The notes: generated by a model not told the origin, from the sequence alone. DNA of 64,000 nucleotides from a candidate division FCPU426 bacterium (GCA_963738405.1 CAVTWJ010000009.1:64001-128000), one strand, 5' to 3'; shown: positions 38,401 through 48,105, numbered from the stretch's first letter. Program-made: numbers and translations.

Positions 38401-39255
38401 ATGAGTCCAGCCAAGAAAACCGCCGTCAAGAAAAAGAAAATCGCGCCTAAGTCCAAGTTCGTCAAAGCCGTCAAGAAAGTCCCGTCGCCCGCCAAAATCA
38501 AACCCGCTGTTTTTGATCCCGAAGTCCGGGTTTACCCCACGAAGGAAATTTTATTTGAGGAAGCCGCTCCCATTGTGATGATGAGGGCGAGGGAAGCCGC
38601 CGACAAACGGGGCCGCTTTGTTTGGGCAATTTCGGGAGGTTCCACCCCCAAGGGTTTGTTTCAACAATTGACTGAAGAGCCGGTCTTGAGCCTCATGCCC
38701 TGGGACAAAACCTACGTATTCTGGGTGGATGAGCGCCATGTTCCCCTGGATCATCCCGATAGCAACTACCGCATGACCCAGGAATACCTGCTTTCCAAAG
38801 TGCCGATCCCGAAGGAAAACATCTTTCCCATGACCAAGGGCGCCCAGCCAGTCGATCAGGCGGCCTCTACTTACGAAAATAAGCTGCACAAATTTTTCGG
38901 TGAGGAAATGAAATTGCCCCAGTTTGACATGGTCCTCTTAGGCATGGGCGATGACGGCCACACGGCCAGCCTTTTCCCCGGTATGCAAACTTTGAACGAG
39001 ACGGATAAATGGGTGGTGGGTTATTTCGTCGATGACGCGCGTAAGGAAAGAATCACCCTGACTTTCCCAGTCTTGAACGCCGCCCGTATGGTCATGACGC
39101 TGGTGGAAGGCGAAAAAAAAGCGGCGCGGGTGAAAGCCGTATTGGAAGGGCCCAAGGACCCGCCGGAATATCCCATCCAATACATCCGGCCGGCGTCCGG
39201 CCAGTTTGACTTTCTGATGGACGCTGCCGCGGGCAAAAAACTCAGCAAAAAATAA
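38401..39255 (+). CDS. pgl: 6-phosphogluconolactonase with Lys-rich N-terminal extension
   Basis: SGGSTP, DERHVP..SNY, LGMGDDGHTASLFP, RITLT. Confidence 0.95.
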   Translation: MSPAKKTAVKKKKIAPKSKFVKAVKKVPSPAKIKPAVFDPEVRVYPTKEILFEEAAPIVMMRAREAADKRGRFVWAISGGSTPKGLFQQLTEEPVLSLMPWDKTYVFWVDERHVPLDHPDSNYRMTQEYLLSKVPIPKENIFPMTKGAQPVDQAASTYENKLHKFFGEEMKLPQFDMVLLGMGDDGHTASLFPGMQTLNETDKWVVGYFVDDARKERITLTFPVLNAARMVMTLVEGEKKAARVKAVLEGPKDPPEYPIQYIRPASGQFDFLMDAAAGKKLSKK

Positions 39256-39266
39256 AGCCAAATCCA

Positions 39267-40625
39267 TTAGTTGACCGGCTGGGGGCCCTCTAGGGTGCCT
39301 GCGTGCAAGGTATAGGTGATGGTCGCGGCGCCGTTGGCTGGGACCGGCACATCGAACTCAAAATTGTTCGCGTCTTTTTTGCGGAAGTCCTGGCTCTTTT
39401 GAGTGATGTGCCATTCACCCCAGGCGTGTTCCACCGCGACGACCTGGATGGCCGTATCCTTGTGATTGCGCAAGACAATCTGGATGTCTTGTTCGTTGGT
39501 TTGGCTTCCCGCCCGGCGCACCGCCAGTATCTTTCTTTCACCCACCACGTCGAAAGCCTTGCCCATGTTCACGCGCACCTTCTCGTCCTTGGGGGTGTGG
39601 TCGATGGAATCTTCCCCGATAAATTGGTCGGTTGAATCCTCATCGGCCTTATAGACCCGTATCTTTCCGGCGGGCAGGGGCATGCCCATGCCATTGGCTT
39701 CTTTGTTATCCAGTTCCAGGGTCACACTCACCTTTTTATCATCCTGGCTCCCGTCATAGGTGTATTTCTTCAATACGGGCACGCCCTGGGCCTCCATCAA
39801 CTGAACCTGTTTGACCTGCTTGTCCAACAGGTCGGTGGGGCGCTGAAGGGTGTAGAGGTGGTATTCAAAGAGGCTCTTTTCTTGGAACTGGGGAGCTGGG
39901 GGGGCCGCATTCTCCGCTTTGGCCATCTCATACATCGCGCCGCCAGAGGGTGCCGGTTCGACCCGGTTTACGTCCCCCGCCACCAATTTCAGGCGGGCAT
40001 CCCTGTAGCTGGCGCCCGATTCGTTGTCGAGCGACACCCAGCCGTTTAGGTCCATGGTTTTTTCGTCCGGCGAAACCTTGGCAACATATTCGCAATGCCA
40101 GCTTAAACCGGTGGTCATGTAGGTAAGGGTCAGGGGTTTGGAAGCGGTCAGGGGGGATTTGACCTTCCAAACGAGGGTGGGTTTGAGGATGAGTCCTCCA
40201 GGCAGGTCGGGAAAGTCCAACCGAACCAATTCGGACCGGTTCAGCATCTGCACCCCGCCGTCCTTGAGTCCCAAGACCAACTGGTTCCCATCGAAAGAGA
40301 AAAGCTTGCCCTCGTAGGGTTTGCCCGCCTTGTCGAACCCCGAAAGGGTTTCGCCGATGTATTTTTGAAGCAGGATGTCGGATGAAACCAGGTCGTAATC
40401 GTAATTCTGTTCCAGCACCTGAAAGCCCTCGGGGCCGTCCAGCGCCACCGAAGTGGGGTCGATTTGGGAGGCCACATCCTGGAAGCGCAGGGTCTGAAGG
40501 CCCTCTTTGAGGTCGAAGGGCCGGGTTTCTCGAATGACTCCCAGGTTATCGTTGTAGGCCGTGACGGATACTTCGGCAAATCCCAGGGAGGGCAGTAACA
40601 GCAGGAAAAGCAGGGTCTTTTTCAT
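39267..40625 (-). CDS. DUF4139-family exported protein
   Basis: Signal peptide; LEQNYDYDL, YMTTGLSW, LFEYHLY, PLPAGKIRVY, FIGEDSIDHTP. Confidence 0.85.
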   Translation of the reverse strand: MKKTLLFLLLLPSLGFAEVSVTAYNDNLGVIRETRPFDLKEGLQTLRFQDVASQIDPTSVALDGPEGFQVLEQNYDYDLVSSDILLQKYIGETLSGFDKAGKPYEGKLFSFDGNQLVLGLKDGGVQMLNRSELVRLDFPDLPGGLILKPTLVWKVKSPLTASKPLTLTYMTTGLSWHCEYVAKVSPDEKTMDLNGWVSLDNESGASYRDARLKLVAGDVNRVEPAPSGGAMYEMAKAENAAPPAPQFQEKSLFEYHLYTLQRPTDLLDKQVKQVQLMEAQGVPVLKKYTYDGSQDDKKVSVTLELDNKEANGMGMPLPAGKIRVYKADEDSTDQFIGEDSIDHTPKDEKVRVNMGKAFDVVGERKILAVRRAGSQTNEQDIQIVLRNHKDTAIQVVAVEHAWGEWHITQKSQDFRKKDANNFEFDVPVPANGAATITYTLHAGTLEGPQPVN

Positions 40626-40692
40626 TTAAAACTCCTTTAAAAGTGGGTCTTGTTGAATTGGACCCGCTCAAGGAGTTTTGGTTCCAGGAATT
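40575..40692. repeat. Direct repeat copy 1 (~115 bp; upstream region, RBS and first codons of the DUF4139 gene)
   Basis: aggaaaagcagggtctttttcat..aaaactcctttaaaagtgggtcttg..gaattggacccgc..agttttggttccag recurs at 41704-41822. Confidence 0.9.
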
Positions 40693-40694
40693 TA

Positions 40695-40937
40695 TTATCG
40701 ATTTATTTTTTTGCTCAATTTGGAAAAAGGTGTGGCCATCCCTTTGTGGAGGGATTCGCGCATGCCGGGAATGGATAGAAGATAAAGGGTCTCTTGGATG
40801 GCCTGCCAATCCTTTTCGGAAACCAGAACCCCGTTGGCGCGCTTTCTTATTATGTGGATTGGTTTGTGGCTTTTGGCTGTCTGGTCCAAAAGTCGATTAA
40901 GACTAGCTCGGGCTTTGCTGGCGGTTAAGGTCTTCAT
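40695..40937 (-). CDS. Phd/YefM-family antitoxin (no adjacent YoeB/RelE toxin)
   Basis: MKTLTASKARASLNRLLD..VLVSEKDWQAIQETLYLLSIPGM; ATGA overlap with PIN gene. Confidence 0.88.
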   Translation of the reverse strand: MKTLTASKARASLNRLLDQTAKSHKPIHIIRKRANGVLVSEKDWQAIQETLYLLSIPGMRESLHKGMATPFSKLSKKINR

Positions 40938-41380
40938 AAGTTCTCCCATTCGCCTAACCATCGGACTTGATGAGAATAGGCTTTCAATTTATGGACCAAT
41001 TTTTGATCCGCAGTCAGCAAGGGAAAGCCTAAGAGATCCGAAAGGGCGACGTAACAAGCGTCATAGGCGGTTATGTCCTTTTCCAGGGCGATATTCAAGG
41101 CCATCTGAAAGAGGTTTTGAGTCGGGACAGGGTTTAACCCGAGAAAGGCCAGTTGCTCTAGGTTATGTTGTGCTTTACGGGCGGAATAACCGTACCGTTT
41201 GACGTGTTTCCAAAGAATAGAGGCGCATTCGACGTAAAAAAGGTCAGGGACGTGAATGGTAAAGGAAGGATCGTTGCCCAAGTTTCCTACGAAAGATTCG
41301 GCATGCTTGGCGTAAGGTTCTTGAAGAAAAATTTTGACCCCGACACTGGCATCCATGACCCATTGGTTAGGCCGGCTCAC
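40934..41380 (-). CDS. vapC: VapC-family PIN domain toxin
   Basis: VMDASV, E, AYDACYVAL, LLTAD acidic PIN residues. Confidence 0.92.
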   Translation of the reverse strand: MSRPNQWVMDASVGVKIFLQEPYAKHAESFVGNLGNDPSFTIHVPDLFYVECASILWKHVKRYGYSARKAQHNLEQLAFLGLNPVPTQNLFQMALNIALEKDITAYDACYVALSDLLGFPLLTADQKLVHKLKAYSHQVRWLGEWENL

Positions 41381-41625
41381 CGGGCGCGGTCCTCCCGCAA
41401 CAGGGAGACGCTATCGGGGATGGAATGGACATATTTCAGTTTGGCCCTGTTTTGTTTGAGGTCTTTCAATATTTCGCTTTGAGTCTTGAGGCGGTTTTCT
41501 TCGTCAACGGCCCGGTCCAATAGGGTTACCACTTGCGCGCTCAGTGAACGGCGCTGAAGAGCGGCTAATTTACGAATTTTTTGATAGAGATTCGCGGGCA
41601 CATCGCGCACATGAAGGATGGGCAT
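41377..41625 (-). CDS. FitA-like ribbon-helix-helix antitoxin
   Basis: MPILHVRDVP..RRSLSAQV..LLREDR; RBS AGGAG; overlaps vapC start. Confidence 0.85.
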   Translation of the reverse strand: MPILHVRDVPANLYQKIRKLAALQRRSLSAQVVTLLDRAVDEENRLKTQSEILKDLKQNRAKLKYVHSIPDSVSLLREDRAR

Positions 41626-41655
41626 GTAAAGGCTCCTGTAAAACAAGTTAAGAAT

Positions 41656-41687
41656 AATATATTCAGGATGCTTTCACTTTGCAACCA
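41656..41687 (-). promoter_or_regulatory. Sigma70-type promoter of the TA operon with overlapping candidate RHH operator half-sites
   Basis: TTGCAA-17 bp-TATATT on minus strand; TGCTTTCA (41669-41676) and TGCAACCA (41680-41687) resemble the FitA TGCTATCA half-site. Confidence 0.55.
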
Positions 41688-41703
41688 GGATGCGATAGGC
41701 GCC

Positions 41704-41822
41704 GCCAAAGCCCAGGGAGGAGAGAAACGGTAGGAAAAGCAGGGTCTTTTTCATCGAAAACTCCTTTAAAAGTGGGTCTTGATGAATTGGACCCGCCCAA
41801 GAAGTTTTGGTTCCAGAGAAAT
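41704..41822. repeat. Direct repeat copy 2, encoding a truncated MKKTLLFL.. 26-codon relic
   Basis: Matches 40575-40692; ATG 41754 reads MKKTLLFLPFLSSLGFGGAYRILVAK-stop. Confidence 0.88.
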
Positions 41823-41891
41823 TACTAGTTTTAGCTGTTAGGTGTCATTTTCTTAGGATTTGAGAACCGTGAAATTCGAGGTTATTTGAAT

Positions 41892-42335
41892 CTAATTTAA
41901 TCTAGGCTTAATAAATCCAATACCAATAAAACCAATTACACTTAATGCGAATTCATAAAAAATAAGATAATCCGAAAGATTATTAAAAAGACTTAAAACC
42001 GTAAGTAAGGCCATGAAAATCCACAAAAGACTACCGAACTTGAACATGTTTTTATTGCCAGTTCTAAGCGCCCATGCCACAAAAGGACTAATAAGAACCC
42101 CTGCCCAAATACTCATCACAAACATGATGATATTGAAATAAAAGAATATTTCCTGAATTTGAAAGGGCAATTTAAGGACTATGTGTATACAAATCATGAA
42201 AAAAATGAACAAACTGCTAGCAAAACAAAAACTAATTTGAAAAGCTTGTCGCAGTCGGGGTCTTACGTCGTTTCGGTAAAGAGTTACGAAGCTCATCAAA
42301 TACCCTCCTGTTCCGTACGATTTGCGAACAGTCAA
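41892..42335 (-). CDS. AT-rich hypothetical membrane protein
   Basis: Four hydrophobic segments; much lower GC than flanks; start may be the later ATG (MSFV). Confidence 0.55.
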   Translation of the reverse strand: MTVRKSYGTGGYLMSFVTLYRNDVRPRLRQAFQISFCFASSLFIFFMICIHIVLKLPFQIQEIFFYFNIIMFVMSIWAGVLISPFVAWALRTGNKNMFKFGSLLWIFMALLTVLSLFNNLSDYLIFYEFALSVIGFIGIGFIKPRLN

Positions 42336-42721
42336 ATTTGAGGTTTTCCGGAATATTCGTTAATTCTTTTTTCCAAATATGGCAACCATTCTTTCCGCAT
42401 ATTTTGAACAGAGGAATTTTTTGAAGCTGAAACATCGTTTAGAAATCTAAAAGAATGTCGAATATCCTCTTCTTTTGCACCAGGCTTTCTCAATTCGTGT
42501 GCAAGTTGTTCAACAAAAATTGTTGAAAATACAATCTGAGTACCTTCTGGCCCAGAATCACGAATTACATCCGCCTGGCGAAGAAGTTCTAAGGAATCGG
42601 AGGCGGTATTGTACGCTTCTTCCGATAAGCCTTCGTTTATTAGGCGTAGCGCTTTTCTGTACGCTGAATCTGCTTTCAAATAAATAAGAAAACTTTTTAT
42701 ATGTTTTGTAATATTCCACAT
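42332..42721 (-). CDS. AT-rich hypothetical helical protein
   Basis: 129-aa ORF, low GC, helical TPR-like pattern. Confidence 0.6.
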   Translation of the reverse strand: MWNITKHIKSFLIYLKADSAYRKALRLINEGLSEEAYNTASDSLELLRQADVIRDSGPEGTQIVFSTIFVEQLAHELRKPGAKEEDIRHSFRFLNDVSASKNSSVQNMRKEWLPYLEKRINEYSGKPQI

Positions 42722-42819
42722 AAATCTATCCTAACGTTGAAATTTGCGACTCCTCGGGTTGGACTAGAACCTTAGTATAACTCTCGACCTTTATCGGAGA
42801 AGATGAAGGGTTAAAACCT

Positions 42820-44457
42820 TTATTTTTCGGCTAGCTCAATAGCGCCCTGCCAGTCCTTGGGAGGGTGACGGCGGTAGGTTTCGGCCATGGATTTCAAATA
42901 ACGGGCCGGGCGGTCCTGGGAGGGCAATTTATCCAAAATCTCATAGGCCCTCTCCCATTCTCCATTTTCAAAGGCTGACAAACCAAAGGCGAATAGCTCC
43001 TCATGGTCCTGGTTGGGGGTTTGGCCCGAGACGTGGTAAAGGTCTAAGGCGGTGGTCATGCCGACGGGAATAAACCGGCCCACGCGGCGGGTAAAGACCA
43101 CGCCGGGGGTTAACTTTTCAGCCACATCCTTGGTGATAAGCACCGGGACTTCAACGGTCTTGGTGATACCTTCCACCCGGGAGGCTTGGTTCACGATCGA
43201 ACCCATGACGGTATAAGAAAACAATTGTTTGGCCCCCATGGGCCCGGCAATGACTTCTCCTGTGTGGATGCCGATGCCGCAGCGCCAACCGGGCGCTACC
43301 TTGCCCAGGGCCTCCACCATCGCCAAGGCCGCGCGGCAGGCTTGGTTGATATGGTCGGTGTCGGAAAAGGGCACGTTCCAACAGGCCAGGATACCGTCTC
43401 CCAAAAACTGCAAGACCACCCCGTTTTCCCTAAAAATTTCTTCTGTCAAAGCTGTCATAACGTCCTTCAACTGCCGCATATGCAAAAGAACGTCTTCTTG
43501 GTTGCCCTCGATCAGCCTGGAAAAACCCCGGATGTCGAAAAACATGACGGTTCCTTCGGTCATGCGGGGTTCCAAATCCTTGGCGTCGGGGGCCTCGAAG
43601 ATTTTGGAAACAATAGCGCCCGAAAAAAAACGCTCCAGCCTTTTCTTGAACCCTTCGAGCCGGGACACCGAGAGGCTTCGGCCAACCATGTCGGCGATCA
43701 AGCCCGCCAGGCGGCAGCCTTCCTTCAGCGATTTTTCATCCCCGCCCTTGCCGCCCACATAAAACACCAGGGGCGCTTCGCCGGGCACCTGGTAGGTGGC
43801 GCAGATGGCCCATACGCCGTTCCAGGTATAGAGGGAAGGATGGGGGGACTCGGCCAGGGCCTCTTTGACCAGGTCTTCCGAAAATTTGGGTTCCTGCCCC
43901 TGGTCAAGGGTGGAATCCACCCCCAAAACCCTTCCGCCCACTTCGGCGATGCGGCTGAAGTGCCCCCCCGACACGGTGCGCAGCAGGCCCGCCACATGGG
44001 CGAAGGATTCGGCGGGGGATTTTAGGCGAAGAATTTCAGGAAGTTCCAAAAGGTCCAATAGGCGCAGGCGGTCGGACATCAGGCTTTTGCTGTAAACCTC
44101 CGGCGAGGCCATGGAATAACGCGAGAGGGGGGAATCACCCAGTTTTTCTTCCGAAATGGCGGTGGTAAAAACAAACCGGGTTTTGCCCACGACGAACTGG
44201 TCGCCCGGGTCCAAGGTAAAACTTTCCTCTTCCTTCCCCCGGTAATAGACGGGGTTGGTGGCGCCCTTGAGGCGGGTGACCGTCAGGCAGCCGGAATGGA
44301 AATTCAACTCCAAATGCCTGCGGCTTAAGAATCGCTCAAAGGGAACCACCCATTCGGCTTCCTCGTTGCGCCCCACCACCACGGCTTTGTTTTCCACCAG
44401 CTCGAACTGGGCGGTTTCCTTGCCCGGGCCCAAAACTTCCAGTTTGCCTTTAGACAT
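42820..44457 (-). CDS. FHA domain + class III nucleotide cyclase
   Basis: FHA VVGR..LSRRH..TN; cyclase FFDIRGFS, QFLGDG, GIHTG, VNQASRVEG. Confidence 0.92.
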   Translation of the reverse strand: MSKGKLEVLGPGKETAQFELVENKAVVVGRNEEAEWVVPFERFLSRRHLELNFHSGCLTVTRLKGATNPVYYRGKEEESFTLDPGDQFVVGKTRFVFTTAISEEKLGDSPLSRYSMASPEVYSKSLMSDRLRLLDLLELPEILRLKSPAESFAHVAGLLRTVSGGHFSRIAEVGGRVLGVDSTLDQGQEPKFSEDLVKEALAESPHPSLYTWNGVWAICATYQVPGEAPLVFYVGGKGGDEKSLKEGCRLAGLIADMVGRSLSVSRLEGFKKRLERFFSGAIVSKIFEAPDAKDLEPRMTEGTVMFFDIRGFSRLIEGNQEDVLLHMRQLKDVMTALTEEIFRENGVVLQFLGDGILACWNVPFSDTDHINQACRAALAMVEALGKVAPGWRCGIGIHTGEVIAGPMGAKQLFSYTVMGSIVNQASRVEGITKTVEVPVLITKDVAEKLTPGVVFTRRVGRFIPVGMTTALDLYHVSGQTPNQDHEELFAFGLSAFENGEWERAYEILDKLPSQDRPARYLKSMAETYRRHPPKDWQGAIELAEK

Positions 44458-44458
44458 T

Positions 44459-47400
44459 TCAATGGTCTCCGTATTGGTTGAACAGTGAAAGCCAGTCATC
44501 CGAGGGGATAGGGTCCACCGAGCCGTGGCTGTTTAATTGGGCTTGGCCCGCCACCTCAGCCTGGAGGATTAGGTCTTTCGCGGATCGGCCGGAAAGAAGC
44601 CAGGAGCTGTCGAGGGTATGGATGACCCCGTCCGGGCCCAGCCAGAAAAAGGTTTTGCTGTCGGAGGCAAAGGCGGCGGTCCGGGGCTGGTTCAAGGGCA
44701 GGTTGCCCCCGATGGGTTCGCCCGTATGGGAATCCCAGAATTGCAAAAGGCCCTTGCCGTAAACACCGGCCAGGCCCTCGCCCCCTGGGCTGAAAGAAAG
44801 GCTTTGAGCCGGGGCGGGCGGATTCATGCGGGTTCCCAGCACCTCTCCCGTTTCCGTTTTCCAGAGTTGGCCCTTGCCGTCCGCGCCGAGGCTTAAGAGG
44901 GTTTGCCCCTCCGGGCTGTAGGAAAGGGAAACGACCCTGCCTCCCGGTTTCAAAGCCTTGGGCTTAGGTGTGCCGGAGATGATTTCATGGAACTGGACGG
45001 ACCCGGAAGAAGCCACCGCTACCCAGGTGCCCGCCGGATTCAAGGCCGCGGCTTCCACGCCCTTGTTCAGTTTCCACATGGGCTTGGAATTGATCGTGGG
45101 GGAAAGGGATAGACAGGCCAGGGAACCGCCCTGCTGCCAGGCGATCATGGAAAGATCCGCGGGGTGAAGCGAAAGCCTGCTGGCTTTGAACCCTAAATTA
45201 ACAGGGGAACCGGGAAGGGGGCCGGAGGCCAAATTCGAAACAAAAAGCTTCCCGCCGTTGGTTGAGACCGACAGAAATTTCCCGTCGGGGCTGAAGGCCA
45301 TCCCGAGGGCAGACGAATCCAAATCCAGGGGATGGAGGTCCCCGGTTGCCAGGTTGACCCATAGGCAGGCTTGCGAACCGGCGATCAACAGTTTGGAATC
45401 GTCAGGGCTGAAGAGCGCCTTGCTGACTGTTCCGGGAAATACCAGGGCCTTGCCGATCGGGTTGCCGCTGGCGGTATCCCAAATTTGGGCGGCCTTTCCG
45501 CCGAAGGTCAGGACTTTCTTTCCGTCATGGGAGAAAAGGGCGAAGGGGGCTGTGAAAACCTTGGCGATGGGGCTAGAGGAGGATTGGGGGTTCGCCCCCG
45601 ATTCCGAAAGGTCCCATAGCCTGACTAAGCCGTCCTTGCCCCCGGTGACCGCCAAACGCCCGGAAGGGCTGAGTGCCGCGGTGGTGATGGCATCGCCGTG
45701 CCAAAGGGTGCGCCCCAAAAGCTTGCCGGTCGCGATTTCCCAAAGATGGGCCTGATGGTCGGCCCCGGCGGTTAGGGCCATCTTGCCTGAGCCTCCTGAA
45801 ACCCAGGCCAGTACACGGCCCTTATGAGCGAAAAGAGTTTTGGATACTTGGTGTGTCCGAAACGAGAAAATCCGAACCATGCCGTCGCCATGGGAAATGG
45901 TATTGACCATGAAAGTCTTTCCATCCGCTAAGGGGTTAAAAAGCGCCCCGGACCCGTCGAAATAAACGGGATGGCCCTGTTTGTGGCCGTCATGGTCGTA
46001 GAAACGGATATTGCCGTCCCAATCGCTAAAGAGAATGGTTTTTCCATCGGGGCTATAGGCCATGGAGGGCAGGTACCAGGCGGGCGCGCCCTGAAAGGAA
46101 ACCTTCACCGGGTCGCCCTGGTGGTCGGCGTTATCCGGGTTCCATTGCTGGGCGATGCCGTTTTTATTGAGGGTCAAGACCCTGCTGGAATCAGGGCTGA
46201 AGAGGGCTTCCGCAACTGGAGCTCCGGCCTGGATGGCCGTGGGGCGGGGCTTGTTGTCCTTAACTGTAAAAACCTGGGCGGTGCCATCCTGGTTTCCGGC
46301 GATAAGATATTTTCCGTCGGGGCTGAGGGCGAGACAGGAAATGCCTTCTTTTCCCTCCAGCGAAGCAAGGGAAGAACCGCCTTCCCTCAGGTTCAAAAGC
46401 CGGATATCGCCGTCTTTTCCCGCGACGACCATCTTTCCCCCGTCCGAACTTAAGAAATAGGCCTGCAGGGAACCTCCGATCTTAAAGGTTTTTATTAGAG
46501 ACCCTGTTTCGGGGTTCCAGAGCTTCAAGGGGCCTTCTTCCCCGGCGGTTAAAATTTCTTTGCCCGAGGGGGTGAACCAAGCCCCGATGAGGGGCGATTT
46601 TTGATCCATCACGCGAAGGGGAATGGGCGGCATGTTGATGGCCGCGCTGCCACGGGCCAGGGCGGAGGGAAAAAGCTTGTTGGAATCGGCGAAGAAGGCC
46701 ACGGCTGAGGGTTGGTCGCCTTTATCTAAAAAGTCCCGGCCCCTCAAAATCTCGCTGAAGGCCTGGTCGGAAAGCTGGGATTGTTCCTTTTGTTTGTTGA
46801 TCAGGTAGGCCGCGAAGACCCCGCAAAGGGCCAGCAAGGCCACCAAAAGAACGAGCCAGAAGCGGGTCACGAACTTGCCCAACCAATAGGCCGGGTCGTG
46901 GGATAGCGGGGAAACGGGTTTTCCCTCGCGCCGGTTCTTGAGATCCTTCAATACCTCATTGACCGAGGCGTAGCGTTTAAGAGGGTTGGGGTGCATGCAC
47001 TTGGCCACGATGGCGGACAAGTCCCGGTCCACCTTGCCCTTGGTGAGGATGTGAAGCTCGGGTACCGGCGTGCCTAAGATTGCGTCGCGGTAAATGCGCA
47101 GGCGCTCGGCGGTTTCGGGGGTGTTTTCAAGCACCTGGCCGATTTCGCGGTGGGGCACCAAGCCGGAGACCAGGGCATAAACCGTGCAACCCATGGCGTA
47201 GATATCCCAACGTCCGTCGGGCTGGAGGGGATGGTCCAGGTCGGGTTTGATCGCCTGTTCGGGCGCCATGTAAAAAAGGGTTCCCAGGGCGCTGCCCGAT
47301 TCGCTCATGACGCGGGAATGGCCAAAGTCAGCCACCCGGACGTTTCCTTCCTCATCCAGCAAAACGTTCGCGGGTTTCAGGTCGCAATGAACCATTTGTT

Positions 47401-47914
47401 TGGCGTGCACATAGGCGAGGGCGCTGGCGATCTGCTCCATCCATTGGACGATCCGGTCCAGCCCCTTGGCGTCGGGCCCGCCATGGTTGGAGTGATCCAG
47501 GTGTTTTTCGAGCGAGCCTTCGCGAGCCAGGTCCATCACGTAATAGGGAGGGTCGGCGGTGAAGTCGGCATCCAGCATGGAAACAATGTTGGGGTGCTTG
47601 TCCAGGCGAATCAGGCGCTCCACCTCGCGCTGTAAAAACATCCACTGCACACCGGCTTTTTTAAGGAAGACCTTTACGGCGACGAAGCGGTGGGTGCGCA
47701 CTTGAATGGCTTCCCAAACCTGGGCGTAGGCTCCCCGGCCGATGGGCTGAAGCAGCATATAGCCGGGGATGCGCGGGGCTTCCTCGTTTTGCTTGAATTC
47801 TTCGGTCTCAGAAAGGTCCTGCGAGACCTTTTGCGAATCCTCGGTCTGGGCCATGGTGTGGAAAAGATTGGAGGAGGAGGTGGGGCTGGGGCTGGCTTTG
47901 GGGTCGGACTCCAT
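44459..47914 (-). CDS. Hanks-type Ser/Thr protein kinase with TM helix and WD40 repeats
   Basis: GRGAYA, VAVK, HCDLKPANVL, DFG, GTLFYMAPE; many (F/L)SPDG..W WD40 repeats. Confidence 0.95.
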   Translation of the reverse strand: MESDPKASPSPTSSSNLFHTMAQTEDSQKVSQDLSETEEFKQNEEAPRIPGYMLLQPIGRGAYAQVWEAIQVRTHRFVAVKVFLKKAGVQWMFLQREVERLIRLDKHPNIVSMLDADFTADPPYYVMDLAREGSLEKHLDHSNHGGPDAKGLDRIVQWMEQIASALAYVHAKQMVHCDLKPANVLLDEEGNVRVADFGHSRVMSESGSALGTLFYMAPEQAIKPDLDHPLQPDGRWDIYAMGCTVYALVSGLVPHREIGQVLENTPETAERLRIYRDAILGTPVPELHILTKGKVDRDLSAIVAKCMHPNPLKRYASVNEVLKDLKNRREGKPVSPLSHDPAYWLGKFVTRFWLVLLVALLALCGVFAAYLINKQKEQSQLSDQAFSEILRGRDFLDKGDQPSAVAFFADSNKLFPSALARGSAAINMPPIPLRVMDQKSPLIGAWFTPSGKEILTAGEEGPLKLWNPETGSLIKTFKIGGSLQAYFLSSDGGKMVVAGKDGDIRLLNLREGGSSLASLEGKEGISCLALSPDGKYLIAGNQDGTAQVFTVKDNKPRPTAIQAGAPVAEALFSPDSSRVLTLNKNGIAQQWNPDNADHQGDPVKVSFQGAPAWYLPSMAYSPDGKTILFSDWDGNIRFYDHDGHKQGHPVYFDGSGALFNPLADGKTFMVNTISHGDGMVRIFSFRTHQVSKTLFAHKGRVLAWVSGGSGKMALTAGADHQAHLWEIATGKLLGRTLWHGDAITTAALSPSGRLAVTGGKDGLVRLWDLSESGANPQSSSSPIAKVFTAPFALFSHDGKKVLTFGGKAAQIWDTASGNPIGKALVFPGTVSKALFSPDDSKLLIAGSQACLWVNLATGDLHPLDLDSSALGMAFSPDGKFLSVSTNGGKLFVSNLASGPLPGSPVNLGFKASRLSLHPADLSMIAWQQGGSLACLSLSPTINSKPMWKLNKGVEAAALNPAGTWVAVASSGSVQFHEIISGTPKPKALKPGGRVVSLSYSPEGQTLLSLGADGKGQLWKTETGEVLGTRMNPPAPAQSLSFSPGGEGLAGVYGKGLLQFWDSHTGEPIGGNLPLNQPRTAAFASDSKTFFWLGPDGVIHTLDSSWLLSGRSAKDLILQAEVAGQAQLNSHGSVDPIPSDDWLSLFNQYGDH

Positions 47915-48105
47915 GAAAGCCTCGAAAAAAGAAGATGGCCGGAAACCGCGTCAAAGGGTTCCAGAACTGGGGTTATTTCGGAGAATCATAATCGAAAAAA
48001 ACGCCGATAGGAAAGATACACGTCCCTTAAATAGAGGGCTGAAAAAGGGGAAGTTACCTGGACTTAACAAGAGTTATTAGAAAGCCGATGAAATAGTCAT
48101 GAAAT

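Noticed and set aside
43186..44025. Long plus-strand ORFs opposite the cyclase (and similar ones opposite AKR, rhomboids, zwf, tkt)
   Set aside because: Antisense shadow ORFs expected in GC-rich coding DNA; no motifs
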